A DNA stretch of 64,000 nt. Origin: Spirochaetia bacterium (GTDB lineage Bacteria > Spirochaetota > Spirochaetia > DSM-16054 > Sediminispirochaetaceae). Below are positions 43,677 through 55,867 of the stretch, in pieces. Below the pieces are notes generated by a model, which saw nothing but the letters and a program-made list of their open reading frames with translations, had not been told where the DNA came from and made no database searches. The DNA is taken from contig JAXHMY010000002.1 in assembly GCA_034520965.1 (NCBI GenBank), forward strand, positions 1 to 64,000. The letters are read 5' to 3'. Position numbers and translations under genes: made by a program. Positions within the stretch are counted from its first letter, which is position 1. Each line of letters starts with the position of its first letter.

Positions 43677-44508
43677 GTGAATGACAGGCCAATAGCAGTA
43701 TTTGATTCCGGGGTAGGGGGCTTACCCTATTTAGAACGGTTGAAAAAGTATGCTCCCGCTGAAGATTTTGTGTATTTTGCGGATAGGGGTAATTTCCCTT
43801 ATGGTGAACAGGACGATGCGGTTCTCCGCAACATAATTGTTCAATCAGTCGGCAAGTTTATCGATGCCACGGATCCGTAAGCTAATGCTGATAGCCTGTA
43901 ATACCGCCTCGGTGGTAGCCCTAGAGGAACTGCGCCGCCAATATGATATTCCCTTTATCGGCGTAGTCCCGGCGGTAAAACCTGCGGCGGAACTGTCGAA
44001 ACAGAGGGCGATCGGGGTATTGGCAACTCGCAGAACCGTTGAGGACCCGTACACTGAAAACCTCATCAGCCGCTTTGCTGCCGAATGTAGAGTGGTGCGC
44101 TATGCCGGGGTGGAAATTGTGCAGCTGGTGGAGCTTAACTACTTTTCGAGCACTGAAGAAGAAAGAGAAGCGATACTGCAGCCGGCGGTAGATTTTTTTA
44201 CATATCAGGCGGTAGATGCACTGGTAGTAGGGTGCACACATTTTATATTTGTTGAGGAGTTATTACATAAGATGCTGAAGGGTTCAGTAGAGATAATCGA
44301 TTCGCGAGAAGGGGTGGCTCAACAAGCTTTGAGAATACTTGAAGAATCACATCTATTCCGGGACAAAAACGTAACCAGTAACAGTACACGTAGTGGTACA
44401 GGCACTAACCGCTTATATGTCAGCGGCAAGGGCTTAAACTTTCAAGAAAATGAACGTTATCACCAGTTTTCTAAAATGTTCGAGTTGGAGTGGAGCGGAC
44501 GCCTGTGA
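43677..44508 (+). CDS. murI: Glutamate racemase (frameshift near 43877)
   Basis: FDSGVGGL, FPYG, IACNTAS, VVPAVKPA, VGCTHF. Confidence 0.93.
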
Positions 44509-45422
44509 GTATGCTGAGCGGCAGAGTTGCCTTTGGGGCAAATAATATTTTTACTGTGGTGGTGGACGGCACGTCGTATCTGTGTCGTCTGAAAGGCAAA
44601 ATATTACGACAGGACGAGAAAGCGTATAACCCTTTAGCACCGGGGGATGTGGTAGAGTTTGAAACCGATCTGCATACCTCCGAGGAAGGACTCATACACC
44701 GCAGAAGGCCCCGTAACAATTCTCTTGTCCGCTGGAATAGAAAGCGAAGGGCACTGCAGACGGTAGCGGCTAATCTGGATGTGCTGGTTGTGGTCACCTC
44801 CGCCAAAAACCCGCCCTTTCGACCGCGATTTATTGACCGTGTGTTAATTGCAGCGGATGAAATACCGGTAGTCATTGCTTTGAATAAGGTTGATCTGAAA
44901 TACGATGGGTCAATTAAAGAGCGCATGCAAATATATAGAGCGATGGACTATGAGGTAATTGAAACCTCTGCTAAGACTGGTGAAGGGATTGAACAACTGA
45001 ATGCCAGAATAAGTTCCGGTTTATCCGCCTTTTTCGGCCAGTCGGGGGTAGGAAAAAGCTCTCTCCTCAATGTGCTCTTTCCCGGGGTGGATGTAGAGGT
45101 GGGTGAGATCTCCCGTAAATACGATCGTGGAAGGCATGTAACCAAGAACGCCCGTTTATACGAATACGGGGAAAACTATTTTATCGATACCCCGGGCATC
45201 CGACAGATAGAGCTGGGAATCGAAGATAGGGATATGCTGGATCGGTATTTCAGAGACTTTGTTCCCTTTCTCGATAAATGTGAATTCCAACCCTGCACTC
45301 ACCTGCATGAACCCGGCTGTGCAGTACAGGCAGCGGTAGAGTCCAATCAGATCCATCCCGACAGATACGAGAGCTATGCCAGGATATATTACGAATTAGA
45401 ATCAAGAGTAGAGTACGGTTAA
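44505..45422 (+). CDS. rsgA: Ribosome small-subunit-dependent GTPase A
   Basis: NKVDL, GQSGVGKSS, GRHVT, DTPG, CEFQPCTHLHEPGC zinc finger. Confidence 0.95.
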   Translation: MSMLSGRVAFGANNIFTVVVDGTSYLCRLKGKILRQDEKAYNPLAPGDVVEFETDLHTSEEGLIHRRRPRNNSLVRWNRKRRALQTVAANLDVLVVVTSAKNPPFRPRFIDRVLIAADEIPVVIALNKVDLKYDGSIKERMQIYRAMDYEVIETSAKTGEGIEQLNARISSGLSAFFGQSGVGKSSLLNVLFPGVDVEVGEISRKYDRGRHVTKNARLYEYGENYFIDTPGIRQIELGIEDRDMLDRYFRDFVPFLDKCEFQPCTHLHEPGCAVQAAVESNQIHPDRYESYARIYYELESRVEYG

Positions 45423-45426
45423 TCCT

Positions 45427-47799
45427 ATGCACCAACACACAATCAATGTTTTAGAATTTGAAAAAATTAGATCGGAGCTGTTAGAGTATTGTATCAGCGA
45501 GAATGGCCGTCATACGGTAAGCTTGCAAGGCTTTTATTATTCCCAGTCGGCTATACAGCCGTTACAGCTGAAGGTTGAACAAGCCCGTGAGTTTATGGAG
45601 CGCGAAGAGTTCCCATCCTTTGAGTTTCCTGAACTTGAGTCTGAGCTGCATGAGATCTCTACTGAGGGTGCCGTCCTTGAGGGAGAAGAGCTCATCCGGT
45701 TTGCCCGCTATTTTAATTCGTCCCACCGGCTTTCTGCTTACTTGCGGGGTGCCTCCGAATACGGATACCAGGATATAGCCGCCCACGGTGAGCAGATTGG
45801 TGATTTCAGGGACAGCGCAAAGGCAATTACTGCAGTTCTCAACCCAGATGGGAGTGTGAAAGATAGTCATCCTGAGCTGCGGAAACAGCGTGCACACATG
45901 GCCCGCCTGCGAAACGAGCTCAATCGGGCCGCTCAGAGCTACCTGCAGCAGAACTCCGACCGCTGGCAAAGTGATGTCCCGACACAGCGGGACGGCCGGA
46001 TTGTCCTGCCCCTGAAAGCCCAGTATCAGAACATGGTTTCCGGTGTCATTCATTACAGCTCTGCCCGTGGAGCCACGGTGTATATCGAGCCGCCGGAAAT
46101 AATGACCAAAAACAACGACATTGCCCTGGTTGAACAAGAAATTCGTGAAATTATTCTGTCGATACTGCGCGACCTTACAAAATCCGTGGCTTCCCGCCGA
46201 ACCGAAATAGAGCAGCTTATAGAGGCGGTGACGGAAATCGACAGTTTCATATGCCGGGCCGCATATGCACGGGTACACAATTGTGTACGCGCCAATTACC
46301 GGGAGCGCGGGTTTAAGCTTAAGCGCGCCCGTCACCCCCTGCTCCGCGACAGCGCGGTTCCGATCGACATAGAAACCTCACAAGATATACAGAGTCTTAT
46401 CATTAGCGGACCCAATGCGGGGGGGAAAACGGTTACCTTAAAAACTGTAGGACTTCTCTCGCTGATGAATCAATTCGGTCTGCAGATTCCCGCAGATGAA
46501 GGCACGGAGTTGGCGGTTTTTAACGGTATCTATGCAGACATAGGTGATGAACAGTCGATCGAAGGTTCACTTTCCACCTTTTCCGGACATATGACAAAGA
46601 TCGGAGAGATGCTGGAGCATGCTGATGTACATGCCTTAGCCCTGCTGGATGAACTCGGGTCGGGTACCGATCCGGGCGAAGGGGCTACTTTGGCAATGGC
46701 TGTGCTGGATGAGTTTTTAAAACGCGGAGCAACCACCCTGGCAACCTCGCACCACGGGCTGCTGAAAAATTACGGGTATACCACCCCCAGGGTGCAGAAT
46801 GCCTCAATGGACTTCGATACCTCAACCTTAACACCCAATTATAAAGTTGTGGTCGGGCTTCCCGGCGAAAGTCATGCCCTGGATATTGCCACTCGCAGCG
46901 GGCTGCCGAGTAATGTGATAAAGGCCGCCCGGGGCTACTTGTCAAGTGAGAGCGGTCAAGTCAGCGAGATGATTAAGGAGCTCGAGCGGAGACAGACCGA
47001 GTTTAAGCGACATGAAGAGTCCTTAAAGCAGCGCGAGGGCAGCTTGCAAGGACAAATCAAAGAGCACGATATGGCGGCACTTCGTCTGCGACAGCGCGAA
47101 CACCAGCTTAAGCAGAGCGGGTACGGTGAGCTGAACAAGTTTCTACGCGAGGCTCGGCAGGAGCTTGAAAACTTGGTGCACCAATTAAAAAGCGGCGAAA
47201 ACGTATCTAAAGAAGATACCAAACGGGTAAAAAAGTTTATTCGCAGGGTAGAGGAACGGGAGAAACAAGAAAAAGAGCAGGTTGAACAGGAGGAAATCGA
47301 GTTTGCCTCCAGTGACACCTACGAGTTTTCGCCGGGTATGCAGGTTATTACCGGACCGGGTCGACGGAGGGGCACCGTAATACGGCGGGCCAAGCAAGGG
47401 TATTGGCTAGTCGAGGTAGGAGCGATGAAAATCACCCTCCCCGAGAGAGATCTTATGCCTGCAGAAAGCCCTGCAGAAAGCTCTGAACAGAACAAAAAGC
47501 AGGGAACCCCGCGGTATGGGTATACCAGCGAATCGGGAACCCAGCCGGCCGCCTTCTCACTGGATGTGCGGGGAGAGCGCCTGGACGAGGCCTTGGACCG
47601 TGTAAATCGTCAGCTTGACAATGCAACCCTGGCCAACTTATATGAATTTGAGATTATTCACGGAAAGGGCGAGGGCATCCTGCAAACCGGTGTGCAGCGA
47701 TTACTTCAGGAGTCTCCGCAGGTCGAAGAGTTTTACTTTTCACGTCCTGAGCAGGGCGGAACCGGTAAAACTATTGTAAAATTAAAGCAGCAATTCTAA
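45427..47799 (+). CDS. mutS2: MutS2 (ATPase plus Smr domain)
   Basis: GPNAGGKT, DIGDEQS…LSTFSGH, DELGSGTDP, coiled coil, LDVRG…IIHGKGEG Smr domain. Confidence 0.95.
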   Translation: MHQHTINVLEFEKIRSELLEYCISENGRHTVSLQGFYYSQSAIQPLQLKVEQAREFMEREEFPSFEFPELESELHEISTEGAVLEGEELIRFARYFNSSHRLSAYLRGASEYGYQDIAAHGEQIGDFRDSAKAITAVLNPDGSVKDSHPELRKQRAHMARLRNELNRAAQSYLQQNSDRWQSDVPTQRDGRIVLPLKAQYQNMVSGVIHYSSARGATVYIEPPEIMTKNNDIALVEQEIREIILSILRDLTKSVASRRTEIEQLIEAVTEIDSFICRAAYARVHNCVRANYRERGFKLKRARHPLLRDSAVPIDIETSQDIQSLIISGPNAGGKTVTLKTVGLLSLMNQFGLQIPADEGTELAVFNGIYADIGDEQSIEGSLSTFSGHMTKIGEMLEHADVHALALLDELGSGTDPGEGATLAMAVLDEFLKRGATTLATSHHGLLKNYGYTTPRVQNASMDFDTSTLTPNYKVVVGLPGESHALDIATRSGLPSNVIKAARGYLSSESGQVSEMIKELERRQTEFKRHEESLKQREGSLQGQIKEHDMAALRLRQREHQLKQSGYGELNKFLREARQELENLVHQLKSGENVSKEDTKRVKKFIRRVEEREKQEKEQVEQEEIEFASSDTYEFSPGMQVITGPGRRRGTVIRRAKQGYWLVEVGAMKITLPERDLMPAESPAESSEQNKKQGTPRYGYTSESGTQPAAFSLDVRGERLDEALDRVNRQLDNATLANLYEFEIIHGKGEGILQTGVQRLLQESPQVEEFYFSRPEQGGTGKTIVKLKQQF

Positions 47800-47924
47800 A
47801 TTTGAAAATTTTAAAAAAATTTTCAAATTTAGAATGCTCACATTTTGTTTAACATAAGTAACTTATCTTAAAGGGTTTGAGGTTATTCTAATTTTGGAAG
47901 TCAAAAGACTTCCAAAATTAGAAT
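47793..47924. repeat. Pair of related long perfect palindromes
   Basis: 20-bp stem ATTCTAAATTTGAAAATTTT-aaa (47793-47835) and 18-bp stem ATTCTAATTTTGGAAGTC-aaaa (47885-47924). Confidence 0.9.
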
Positions 47925-48021
47925 TCCTGAAATTAAAGCACTAATTGTTGCGTATTCATTAGATAATATCTACGATTAACAGTAACAGTAACAGTACGTA
48001 CTGTGATTGGAGCGAAAAGGT

Positions 48022-48372
48022 ATGCAAGAGAAAATAAGAAAATTTTTTGCAATTTTATCAATTGAGTTTGATGATATCCGTGACGGTTTAGTTATGCTTT
48101 TGGACAGCAGCGAAGAGCGGTTTCGCAAGCATGAGATTACCGGTTACGTATGGACAGAAAACAGCGCCCTGATGAAGAGGGAGGAGAAACTGCTGGAGAT
48201 AATTCAGAAGAGGGTAGCACAGCTGAATCCGGATGATTATAAAACCCTCGATGAAGCGGTAGAGGCAGTGCGAAAAATTGTACGCGGAATGTCCGGCATC
48301 CCCCAAGCGGTTCCTGAATTTATTGAAAAGCGAATGAACAAGGTGCTGCGGTATATAAACAATGAAATGTGA
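48022..48372 (+). CDS. Hypothetical helical protein
   Basis: Uninterrupted 116-aa ORF between mutS2 and the ATPase operon. No motif recognised. Confidence 0.65.
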   Translation: MQEKIRKFFAILSIEFDDIRDGLVMLLDSSEERFRKHEITGYVWTENSALMKREEKLLEIIQKRVAQLNPDDYKTLDEAVEAVRKIVRGMSGIPQAVPEFIEKRMNKVLRYINNEM

Positions 48373-48498
48373 TGAGGTTAAAAAAACACATAATACTCCC
48401 TAATTATGTTGATATTTTTTTTATGCTCCATTACTATACCACTATATTAATAGGTAAATAAATATTGATTGATACATTGCTATTGAAAGGAAACGCGT

Positions 48499-49122
48499 AT
48501 GGACGTTCAGTTAAAAGAACTTATTGACCGAATTAAATCGGAAGGTATCGAAAGTGCAGAGCAGCAGGCACAAAAAATTGTGCAGGAAGCTGAATCACGG
48601 GCGAAGCAAATTGTCTCGGATGCAGAAACAGAAGCCGACAAAATAAGGCAGAAGGCCGAAGAGGACGCTCAGCGGCGCGAACAGACCGGCCGCCAAAGTT
48701 TAAAACAAGCCGGCCGCGACCTGCTTCTTAGCCTGGATAAACGACTGCAGGCTCTGTTTGATACGGTTATTTACACCGAAAGTGCTGCGGCGCTAAAGGG
48801 TAAACTTCTGCAAGGCACAATCAAACAGCTGATTGACCGCTGGGATGAAGAAGTTGCGGATGTACAGCTGCTGGTTGCCGAGGATGAGTTGCAGAATATT
48901 GAAAAGGGATTGCGCGATCAGCTTTCAGCGCAGTTGGCTAAGGGAATGGAACTGAAACCTCTAACAAATGTAGAAGCCGGTTTCCAGGTTGGCTATAAAG
49001 ATGGTTCGGCATATTACAATTTTACCGCTGAAGGTGTAGCTGAAATTGTATCCCAGTTTCTCAACCCTAAATTGGCCGAAATTTTGAAGGAAGCTGCAAA
49101 AGAAGCAAAAGAACAGGAGTAA
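48499..49122 (+). CDS. V/A-type ATP synthase subunit E
   Basis: MDVQLKELIDRIKSEGI coiled coil, YYNFT…FLNPKL, first gene of the operon. Confidence 0.88.
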   Translation: MDVQLKELIDRIKSEGIESAEQQAQKIVQEAESRAKQIVSDAETEADKIRQKAEEDAQRREQTGRQSLKQAGRDLLLSLDKRLQALFDTVIYTESAAALKGKLLQGTIKQLIDRWDEEVADVQLLVAEDELQNIEKGLRDQLSAQLAKGMELKPLTNVEAGFQVGYKDGSAYYNFTAEGVAEIVSQFLNPKLAEILKEAAKEAKEQE

Positions 49123-49126
49123 CACC

Positions 49127-49666
49127 GTGCGACAGTATTATTACGTGATCGCTACTCTCCCGCTTCTTCAGTTTGAAGATAAGCCTCCTCTTACTCTTGA
49201 TGAGCTCTACTATTCCTGCCGAGGAAACATCGACACTAATGATTTAGAGCTCCTGGAGACAGTTTCTCTTGAACCGGGAAGCGCCCATGGGAATGAACTT
49301 CTGGAAAAATGGTATACCTGGGAAACTTCGTTACGGAATGAGCTTGTAAAACTCCGAAGTCAAAAAATCGGAGTTGAATCGGAAAAGTATAGACGCGAAG
49401 GTGAGGTGATCCCCGGTATCCCGGAAACAGCTCGAGAGGCTGCAAACCAGGATTCTCCACTTGCAGGTGAGGAACTACTCAATAAAGCACGGTGGACTTT
49501 TCTTGAAGAGCTTGAGGTTGGACACTATTTTGATTTGGTTAAATTGATGTTGTATGCACTCAAACTTCAGTTGCTTCATCGTAGAAGTAAATTTACGACC
49601 GAACAGGGAAGAGAGAAGTTTGAGCAAATTTATCAGCATGTACGGAAAGATATTGAGTCGGCCTAG
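49127..49666 (+). CDS. DUF2764-like V-ATPase-associated subunit (C-like)
   Basis: YYYVIATLP, WETSLRNEL, RWTFLEEL…HYFD, lies between E and A. Confidence 0.8.
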   Translation: MRQYYYVIATLPLLQFEDKPPLTLDELYYSCRGNIDTNDLELLETVSLEPGSAHGNELLEKWYTWETSLRNELVKLRSQKIGVESEKYRREGEVIPGIPETAREAANQDSPLAGEELLNKARWTFLEELEVGHYFDLVKLMLYALKLQLLHRRSKFTTEQGREKFEQIYQHVRKDIESA

Positions 49667-49708
49667 TAAACGGGCTTGCCAAAACGCTGAGTTATTCGGA
49701 GAACTTTC

Positions 49709-51491
49709 ATGACAAAGACTACAGGCAAAGTTATAGGTGTTAACGGAAACATGGTCGCCGTAAAAGTAGAAGGCGACATTTCGTTAAATGAAGTTGGATA
49801 TGTTAAAGTAGGCGATCAAAACCTGAAATCTGAGGTAATCAGAATTCAGGGGGATACCGCCGAAATGCAGGTATTTGAAATGACCACCGGCATCGGTGTC
49901 AACGATGAGGTCGAGTTCAGCGGGGAACTCCTGGCGGTAGAGCTAGGTCCCGGGCTGCTTACTCAGATTTACGACGGACTGCAGAATCCGTTACCCAAGC
50001 TGGCCGAGGAAGCCGGATTCTTTCTGCCCCGCGGTCTTTATATGAATGCCCTGCCTCGTGATACTAAATGGGATTTTACTCCTAAGGTTAAGGAGGGTGA
50101 CACCGTGGCCGCCGCCGATACCCTCGGTACCGTTCCGGAGGGAATCTTTGAGCACCGTATCATGGTACCCTTTAATTTTTATGAATCTTATACCGTAAAA
50201 AAGATCGCCAAGAAAGGCGAATATACGGTTGAGCAGGAAATGGCGGTACTTGAAGATTCAAAAGGCAATCAGCACTCGGTTAATATGATGTTTGAGTGGC
50301 CGGTAAAGCGGGCCATTAGTTCATATGAAGAGCGGCTGGAACCGGATACCTCAATGGTAACAAAGACAAGAATTATCGATACCTTCATTCCAGTTGCCCG
50401 CGGAGGTACCTACTGTATTCCCGGCCCCTTTGGAGCAGGCAAAACAGTACTGCAGCAGGTTACCAGCCGTTATGCGGATGTGGATATTGTAATAATAGCC
50501 GCCTGCGGAGAGCGCGCCGGTGAGGTTGTAGAAACCCTGCGTGAGTTTCCTGAACTGATCGACCCCCGCACAGGGCGCACCCTGATGGAACGAACCGTCA
50601 TTATCGCCAACACCAGCTCCATGCCGGTCGCCGCCCGGGAGGCATCAGTGTATACCGCTGTAACCCTGGCTGAATATTACCGGCAGATGGGCCTGCACGT
50701 ACTGCTGCTGGCCGACTCCACCTCTCGCTGGGCTCAGGCCATGCGTGAGATGTCGGGCCGCCTTGAGGAGATTCCCGGTGAGGAAGCTTTTCCTGCGTAT
50801 CTTGAATCGGTTATTGCAGCCTTTTACGAACGAGCCGGTGTTGTCAGACTCAAGGATGGCTCCTTCGGTTCGGTTACTATCGGCGGAACGGTAAGTCCGG
50901 CGGGTGGTAACTTTGAAGAACCTGTAACCCAGGCAACGCTAAAAGTCGTCGGGGCCTTCCATGGACTCGATCGAGACCGTGCAGAAGCCCGTAAGTACCC
51001 TTCCATCCACCCATTAAACAGCTGGAGCAAGTATCCGGGGGTTGTCGATGTTGATAAAGTTAATTTTGCTAGAAGTGTTCTCTCGCGTGGGGATGAAGTC
51101 GGGCAAATGATGAAGGTAGTCGGCGAAGAGGGTACTAGCCTGGAAGACTATATTGTGAACTTGAAATCTGAGTTTCTAGATGCAGTATATTTGCAGCAGA
51201 ACTCTTTTGATCCGGTTGATGCAGCGGTAAGTGTAGAGCGGCAGAATTACGTATTCGACCAGCTGTATGAAATCCTTGGTTCTATTCTTGAGTTGAAAGA
51301 TAAAGAGGATGCACGGCATTTCTTTAACCAGCTGCGCCAGCATTTTATTGACTGGAATTATTCGGAATGGGATTCTGATGAGTTCAAAGAAAACGAGAGA
51401 AAGATAAAAACCCTTCTTGAGCAGAAACAAAAAGGCCTTATGGAAGAAGCAAAGCGGGCCAGAAAAGCAGCGGAGAGCAAGGAGCATAGCA

Positions 51492-51499
<8 letters not shown>
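49709..51499 (+). CDS. ntpA: V/A-type ATP synthase subunit A
   Basis: ELGPGLL…[46 protein letters not shown]. Confidence 0.96.
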
Positions 51500-52799
<1,300 letters not shown>

Positions 52800-52802
52800 A
52801 TT

Positions 52803-53399
52803 ATGGCGAAGGTTAAGCTTACAAAGAACGAACTAAAAAAACAGAAAGACTCCCTTAAGCGTTTTCAGCGGTACCTTCCGACTCTAATGCTCAAGAAACA
52901 GCAGTTACAGATGGTAATTCGTCAGGTAGAGAGCAAGGTTCGTCAAATTGAGCAGGAACGCCGCACACTTAAGGAAGAGCTGGATAAATGGATTGCCGTT
53001 TTTGGTGAAGATATTGGAATGGAAGACCTGATTAAAGTCGAACATATTGAAAGGGAAACCGGTAACATAGCTGGTGTAGATATTCCGGTTTTCAAGAGTC
53101 TGAAACTACAGGAAATACCCTACGACCTATTTACTATGCCCCTATGGACAGATAGAGGAATCGATGCAATCAAACGGATTGCCGAACTCGATGCCAGAAT
53201 AGACGTCTTAAAGCGACAAATTGAACTGTTGAGTGATGAGTTACGGATTACTACTCAGAGGGTAAACCTGTTTGAAAAGGTTATGATACCTGAGACAAAA
53301 GAGAATATCCGTAAAATACAGATTTATCTTGGCGACCAGCAGACGGCGGCAGTTGTCCGTGGGAAAATGGCCAAGAATAAAATCGAAAAGGTGAAATAG
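52803..53399 (+). CDS. ntpD: V/A-type ATP synthase subunit D
   Basis: LTKNELK, YLPTLMLKK, NIAGVDIP, TTQRVNLFEKVMIP. Confidence 0.95.
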   Translation: MAKVKLTKNELKKQKDSLKRFQRYLPTLMLKKQQLQMVIRQVESKVRQIEQERRTLKEELDKWIAVFGEDIGMEDLIKVEHIERETGNIAGVDIPVFKSLKLQEIPYDLFTMPLWTDRGIDAIKRIAELDARIDVLKRQIELLSDELRITTQRVNLFEKVMIPETKENIRKIQIYLGDQQTAAVVRGKMAKNKIEKVK

Positions 53400-53402
53400 C
53401 CT

Positions 53403-55292
53403 ATGATAGTAACAATGAAAAAGGTCTATCTGGTAGCCCAGGAATCTAAGCGTACCGAAACGCTTAAACGGCTGCGGGATATTGGAGTCCTTCACCTTGA
53501 AGAAATACAGGGACAGAGTGACGAGCTCGATGACCTGCAGAAAAAACGAAGCCTTCTGGAAAGAGCTCAGTTCATGCTTCCGACGGATATACCTGCAGAA
53601 GAATCTAAAGTTCAGACTGCAGACCAGGATTCTGATGGGCTGTCTAAAAAGACGGCGGACCATTACCTTTCTTCCAAGGATGTGGAAGAGGCCCTCGAGA
53701 TTGCCAAACGTGTAGAGCAGCAGCAGGAACAGAAAAGCAGTCACCGTGAGGCTATCGATAAATTAAATCGGGAGATGGAACGGGTGCAGCCCTTGGGCGA
53801 TTTTGATCCGCAGGATATAGATAAGTTGCGGGAAAAAGGGCTTAATCTACATTTGTTTATAGTTACCAAAGAAAAACGCAGCGAGTTCCCGGACAATATT
53901 ACCAAGTTCGAAGTCTATACCGAAAAATCAAGGTCAATTATTGCCGCATTAGTAGAGGATGATTCTAACCTGGCTGAAACATTTCCCGAGTTTGAATTGC
54001 CCCAGCTCTCCTCTACACAGATGGAGCAAGAACATACCCGGCATGAAAAAGAAATTGAGCAGATAGACAACGAAATGCTCAAGCTTGCCAAGTATCGATC
54101 GTTACTGACAAAAGCGCTGTTCCAAATTGATCAAGATATTGAATTTGAACAGGTAAGGTCCGGTCTGAACCAAGAAGATGAACTTAACTATTTAGGCGGG
54201 TTTGTACCGGAAAATAGAATAGAAAAACTGAATAAGGGTGCCGCTACTCATGGCTGGGCCCTTCTTATTCGGGATCCGGACCCTGAAGAGCCGATACCCA
54301 CCAAGGTAGAAAATCCAAAAACGGTAAAAATTGTAAAGCCCGTACTAGATTTTCTGGGAACGATTCCCGGATACTACGAATATGACATAAGTGCGTATCT
54401 TCTGTTCTTCCTTACCATATTCTTTGCCATGATAATTGGTGATGCCGGATACGGAACCATACTTTTGGGGACCACCCTGTACACCGTGGTAAAGAAAAAA
54501 CGAGCCGGAGAAGCGCTTTCAGAAACACAGAAGCTGATGCTGGTGTTTGGCAGTGCAACCGTAATATGGGGTGCTTTAAGCGGTGTGTGGTTTGGTTCTG
54601 TAACTATTTCACAGATTCCGTTCTTTGCCCGGCTCACCTACGAACCGATCTCCGGTTTCGGGGGAGATGCCAGCACGCAGACCATCCAGCATCTCTGTTT
54701 TGTGATCGGTACAATCCAGTTGAGTATCGCCCATGTGTGGAACTTTCTGTACCGTTGGAAAAGAAACGACCGCCTAAAGGCAATTGCCGAACTTGGCTGG
54801 CTGTCGATGGTATTGGGCCTCTATTATGTGGTCTTGTACCTGGTTTTAGATCCCGAGCAGTACCCGGTTCCACAGTTCAGCCTGTACATGATCTTTACCG
54901 GTCTTGCACTGGTGCTGTTACTGTCCGAGCAGGAGGGCAATTTTTTTAAGGGAATTTTTAAAGGGCTGGCGAACTTTATGCCGAAGGCCTTAGACTCAAT
55001 ATCAGCATTTTCTGATATTATAAGTTATATCCGCTTGTTTGCAGTTGGGCTTGCAACGGTAGAAATTGCAAAGAGTTTCAACTCAATGGCGGCTGATATG
55101 GGAAATACCGTGGTGGGCATAATCGGCGGAATAATTATTCTGCTTATCGGACACGGGCTCAATATGGCGATGGCGGCGTTATCGGTGGTAGTACATGGAG
55201 TGCGGCTCAACTTGCTCGAGTTCTCCGGCCACCTGGGTATGGAGTGGACAGGGATTCCGTATGATCCCTTTCGCAATAGACAAGAAAAGTAA
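53403..55292 (+). CDS. ntpI: V/A-type ATP synthase subunit I (a)
   Basis: Soluble N-terminal half, FAMIIGDAGYG, SDIISYIRLFAVGLA, HGVRLNLLEF. Confidence 0.95.
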   Translation: MIVTMKKVYLVAQESKRTETLKRLRDIGVLHLEEIQGQSDELDDLQKKRSLLERAQFMLPTDIPAEESKVQTADQDSDGLSKKTADHYLSSKDVEEALEIAKRVEQQQEQKSSHREAIDKLNREMERVQPLGDFDPQDIDKLREKGLNLHLFIVTKEKRSEFPDNITKFEVYTEKSRSIIAALVEDDSNLAETFPEFELPQLSSTQMEQEHTRHEKEIEQIDNEMLKLAKYRSLLTKALFQIDQDIEFEQVRSGLNQEDELNYLGGFVPENRIEKLNKGAATHGWALLIRDPDPEEPIPTKVENPKTVKIVKPVLDFLGTIPGYYEYDISAYLLFFLTIFFAMIIGDAGYGTILLGTTLYTVVKKKRAGEALSETQKLMLVFGSATVIWGALSGVWFGSVTISQIPFFARLTYEPISGFGGDASTQTIQHLCFVIGTIQLSIAHVWNFLYRWKRNDRLKAIAELGWLSMVLGLYYVVLYLVLDPEQYPVPQFSLYMIFTGLALVLLLSEQEGNFFKGIFKGLANFMPKALDSISAFSDIISYIRLFAVGLATVEIAKSFNSMAADMGNTVVGIIGGIIILLIGHGLNMAMAALSVVVHGVRLNLLEFSGHLGMEWTGIPYDPFRNRQEK

Positions 55293-55318
55293 TAAACTAG
55301 GAAAGAAGGAGAAACATA

Positions 55319-55747
55319 ATGGATTTTGGACTGTTGGGAATTGGAGCGGCTCTAGCATTAGCCGCCTGTGGATCTGCTATTGGAGCTGGATCAGCCGGTA
55401 TGGCAGCTGTTGGTGCCTGGAAAAAGTGTTTTGCTCAAAATAAACCGGCACCGTTTACCTTGATCGCTTTTGTCGGTGCACCTCTTACACAGACAATTTA
55501 CGGTTATATTCTGATGAATACCCTGTATCAGGCTGCAGGTGACAACAGCCCCTGGCTTATCCTCGGAGCAGGTTTGTTTGGTGGTTTAGCGATGGGTTTT
55601 TCCGCCGCTTTTCAGGGCAAAGCCGGCGCCGCCGCATCGGATGCACTGGCCGAGACAGGGAAAGGATTTGGTAACTACATTATGGTACTTGGGCTGGTAG
55701 AAACAGTAGCCCTGTTTGTAATGGTATTTTTAATGGGCGTAGTATAG
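55319..55747 (+). CDS. ntpK: V/A-type ATP synthase proteolipid subunit K (4 TM)
   Basis: GSAIG, APLTQTIYG, SAAFQG, LVETVALF. Confidence 0.93.
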   Translation: MDFGLLGIGAALALAACGSAIGAGSAGMAAVGAWKKCFAQNKPAPFTLIAFVGAPLTQTIYGYILMNTLYQAAGDNSPWLILGAGLFGGLAMGFSAAFQGKAGAAASDALAETGKGFGNYIMVLGLVETVALFVMVFLMGVV

Positions 55748-55811
55748 GCTGTTAATAAAGCTTGGAATAAATCGGTAAAGCATGCATAATCAAGAATAAA
55801 CAGGTTTTTTC

Positions 55812-55847
55812 AAGGCGAAGCACTCAAAAAGGGTGTTTCGCCTTTTT
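55812..55847 (+). terminator. Intrinsic terminator after the ATPase operon
   Basis: AAGGCGAAGCACTC-aaaaa-GGGTGTTTCGCC followed by T5. Confidence 0.8.
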
Positions 55848-55867
55848 AATTTTGGTATAGTAGTACC

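Noticed and set aside
47793..47924. Palindromes as Borrelia-type replicated telomere junctions
   Set aside because: Both have unpaired loops and short arms, lie in collinear chromosomal context, and no telomere resolvase is seen.
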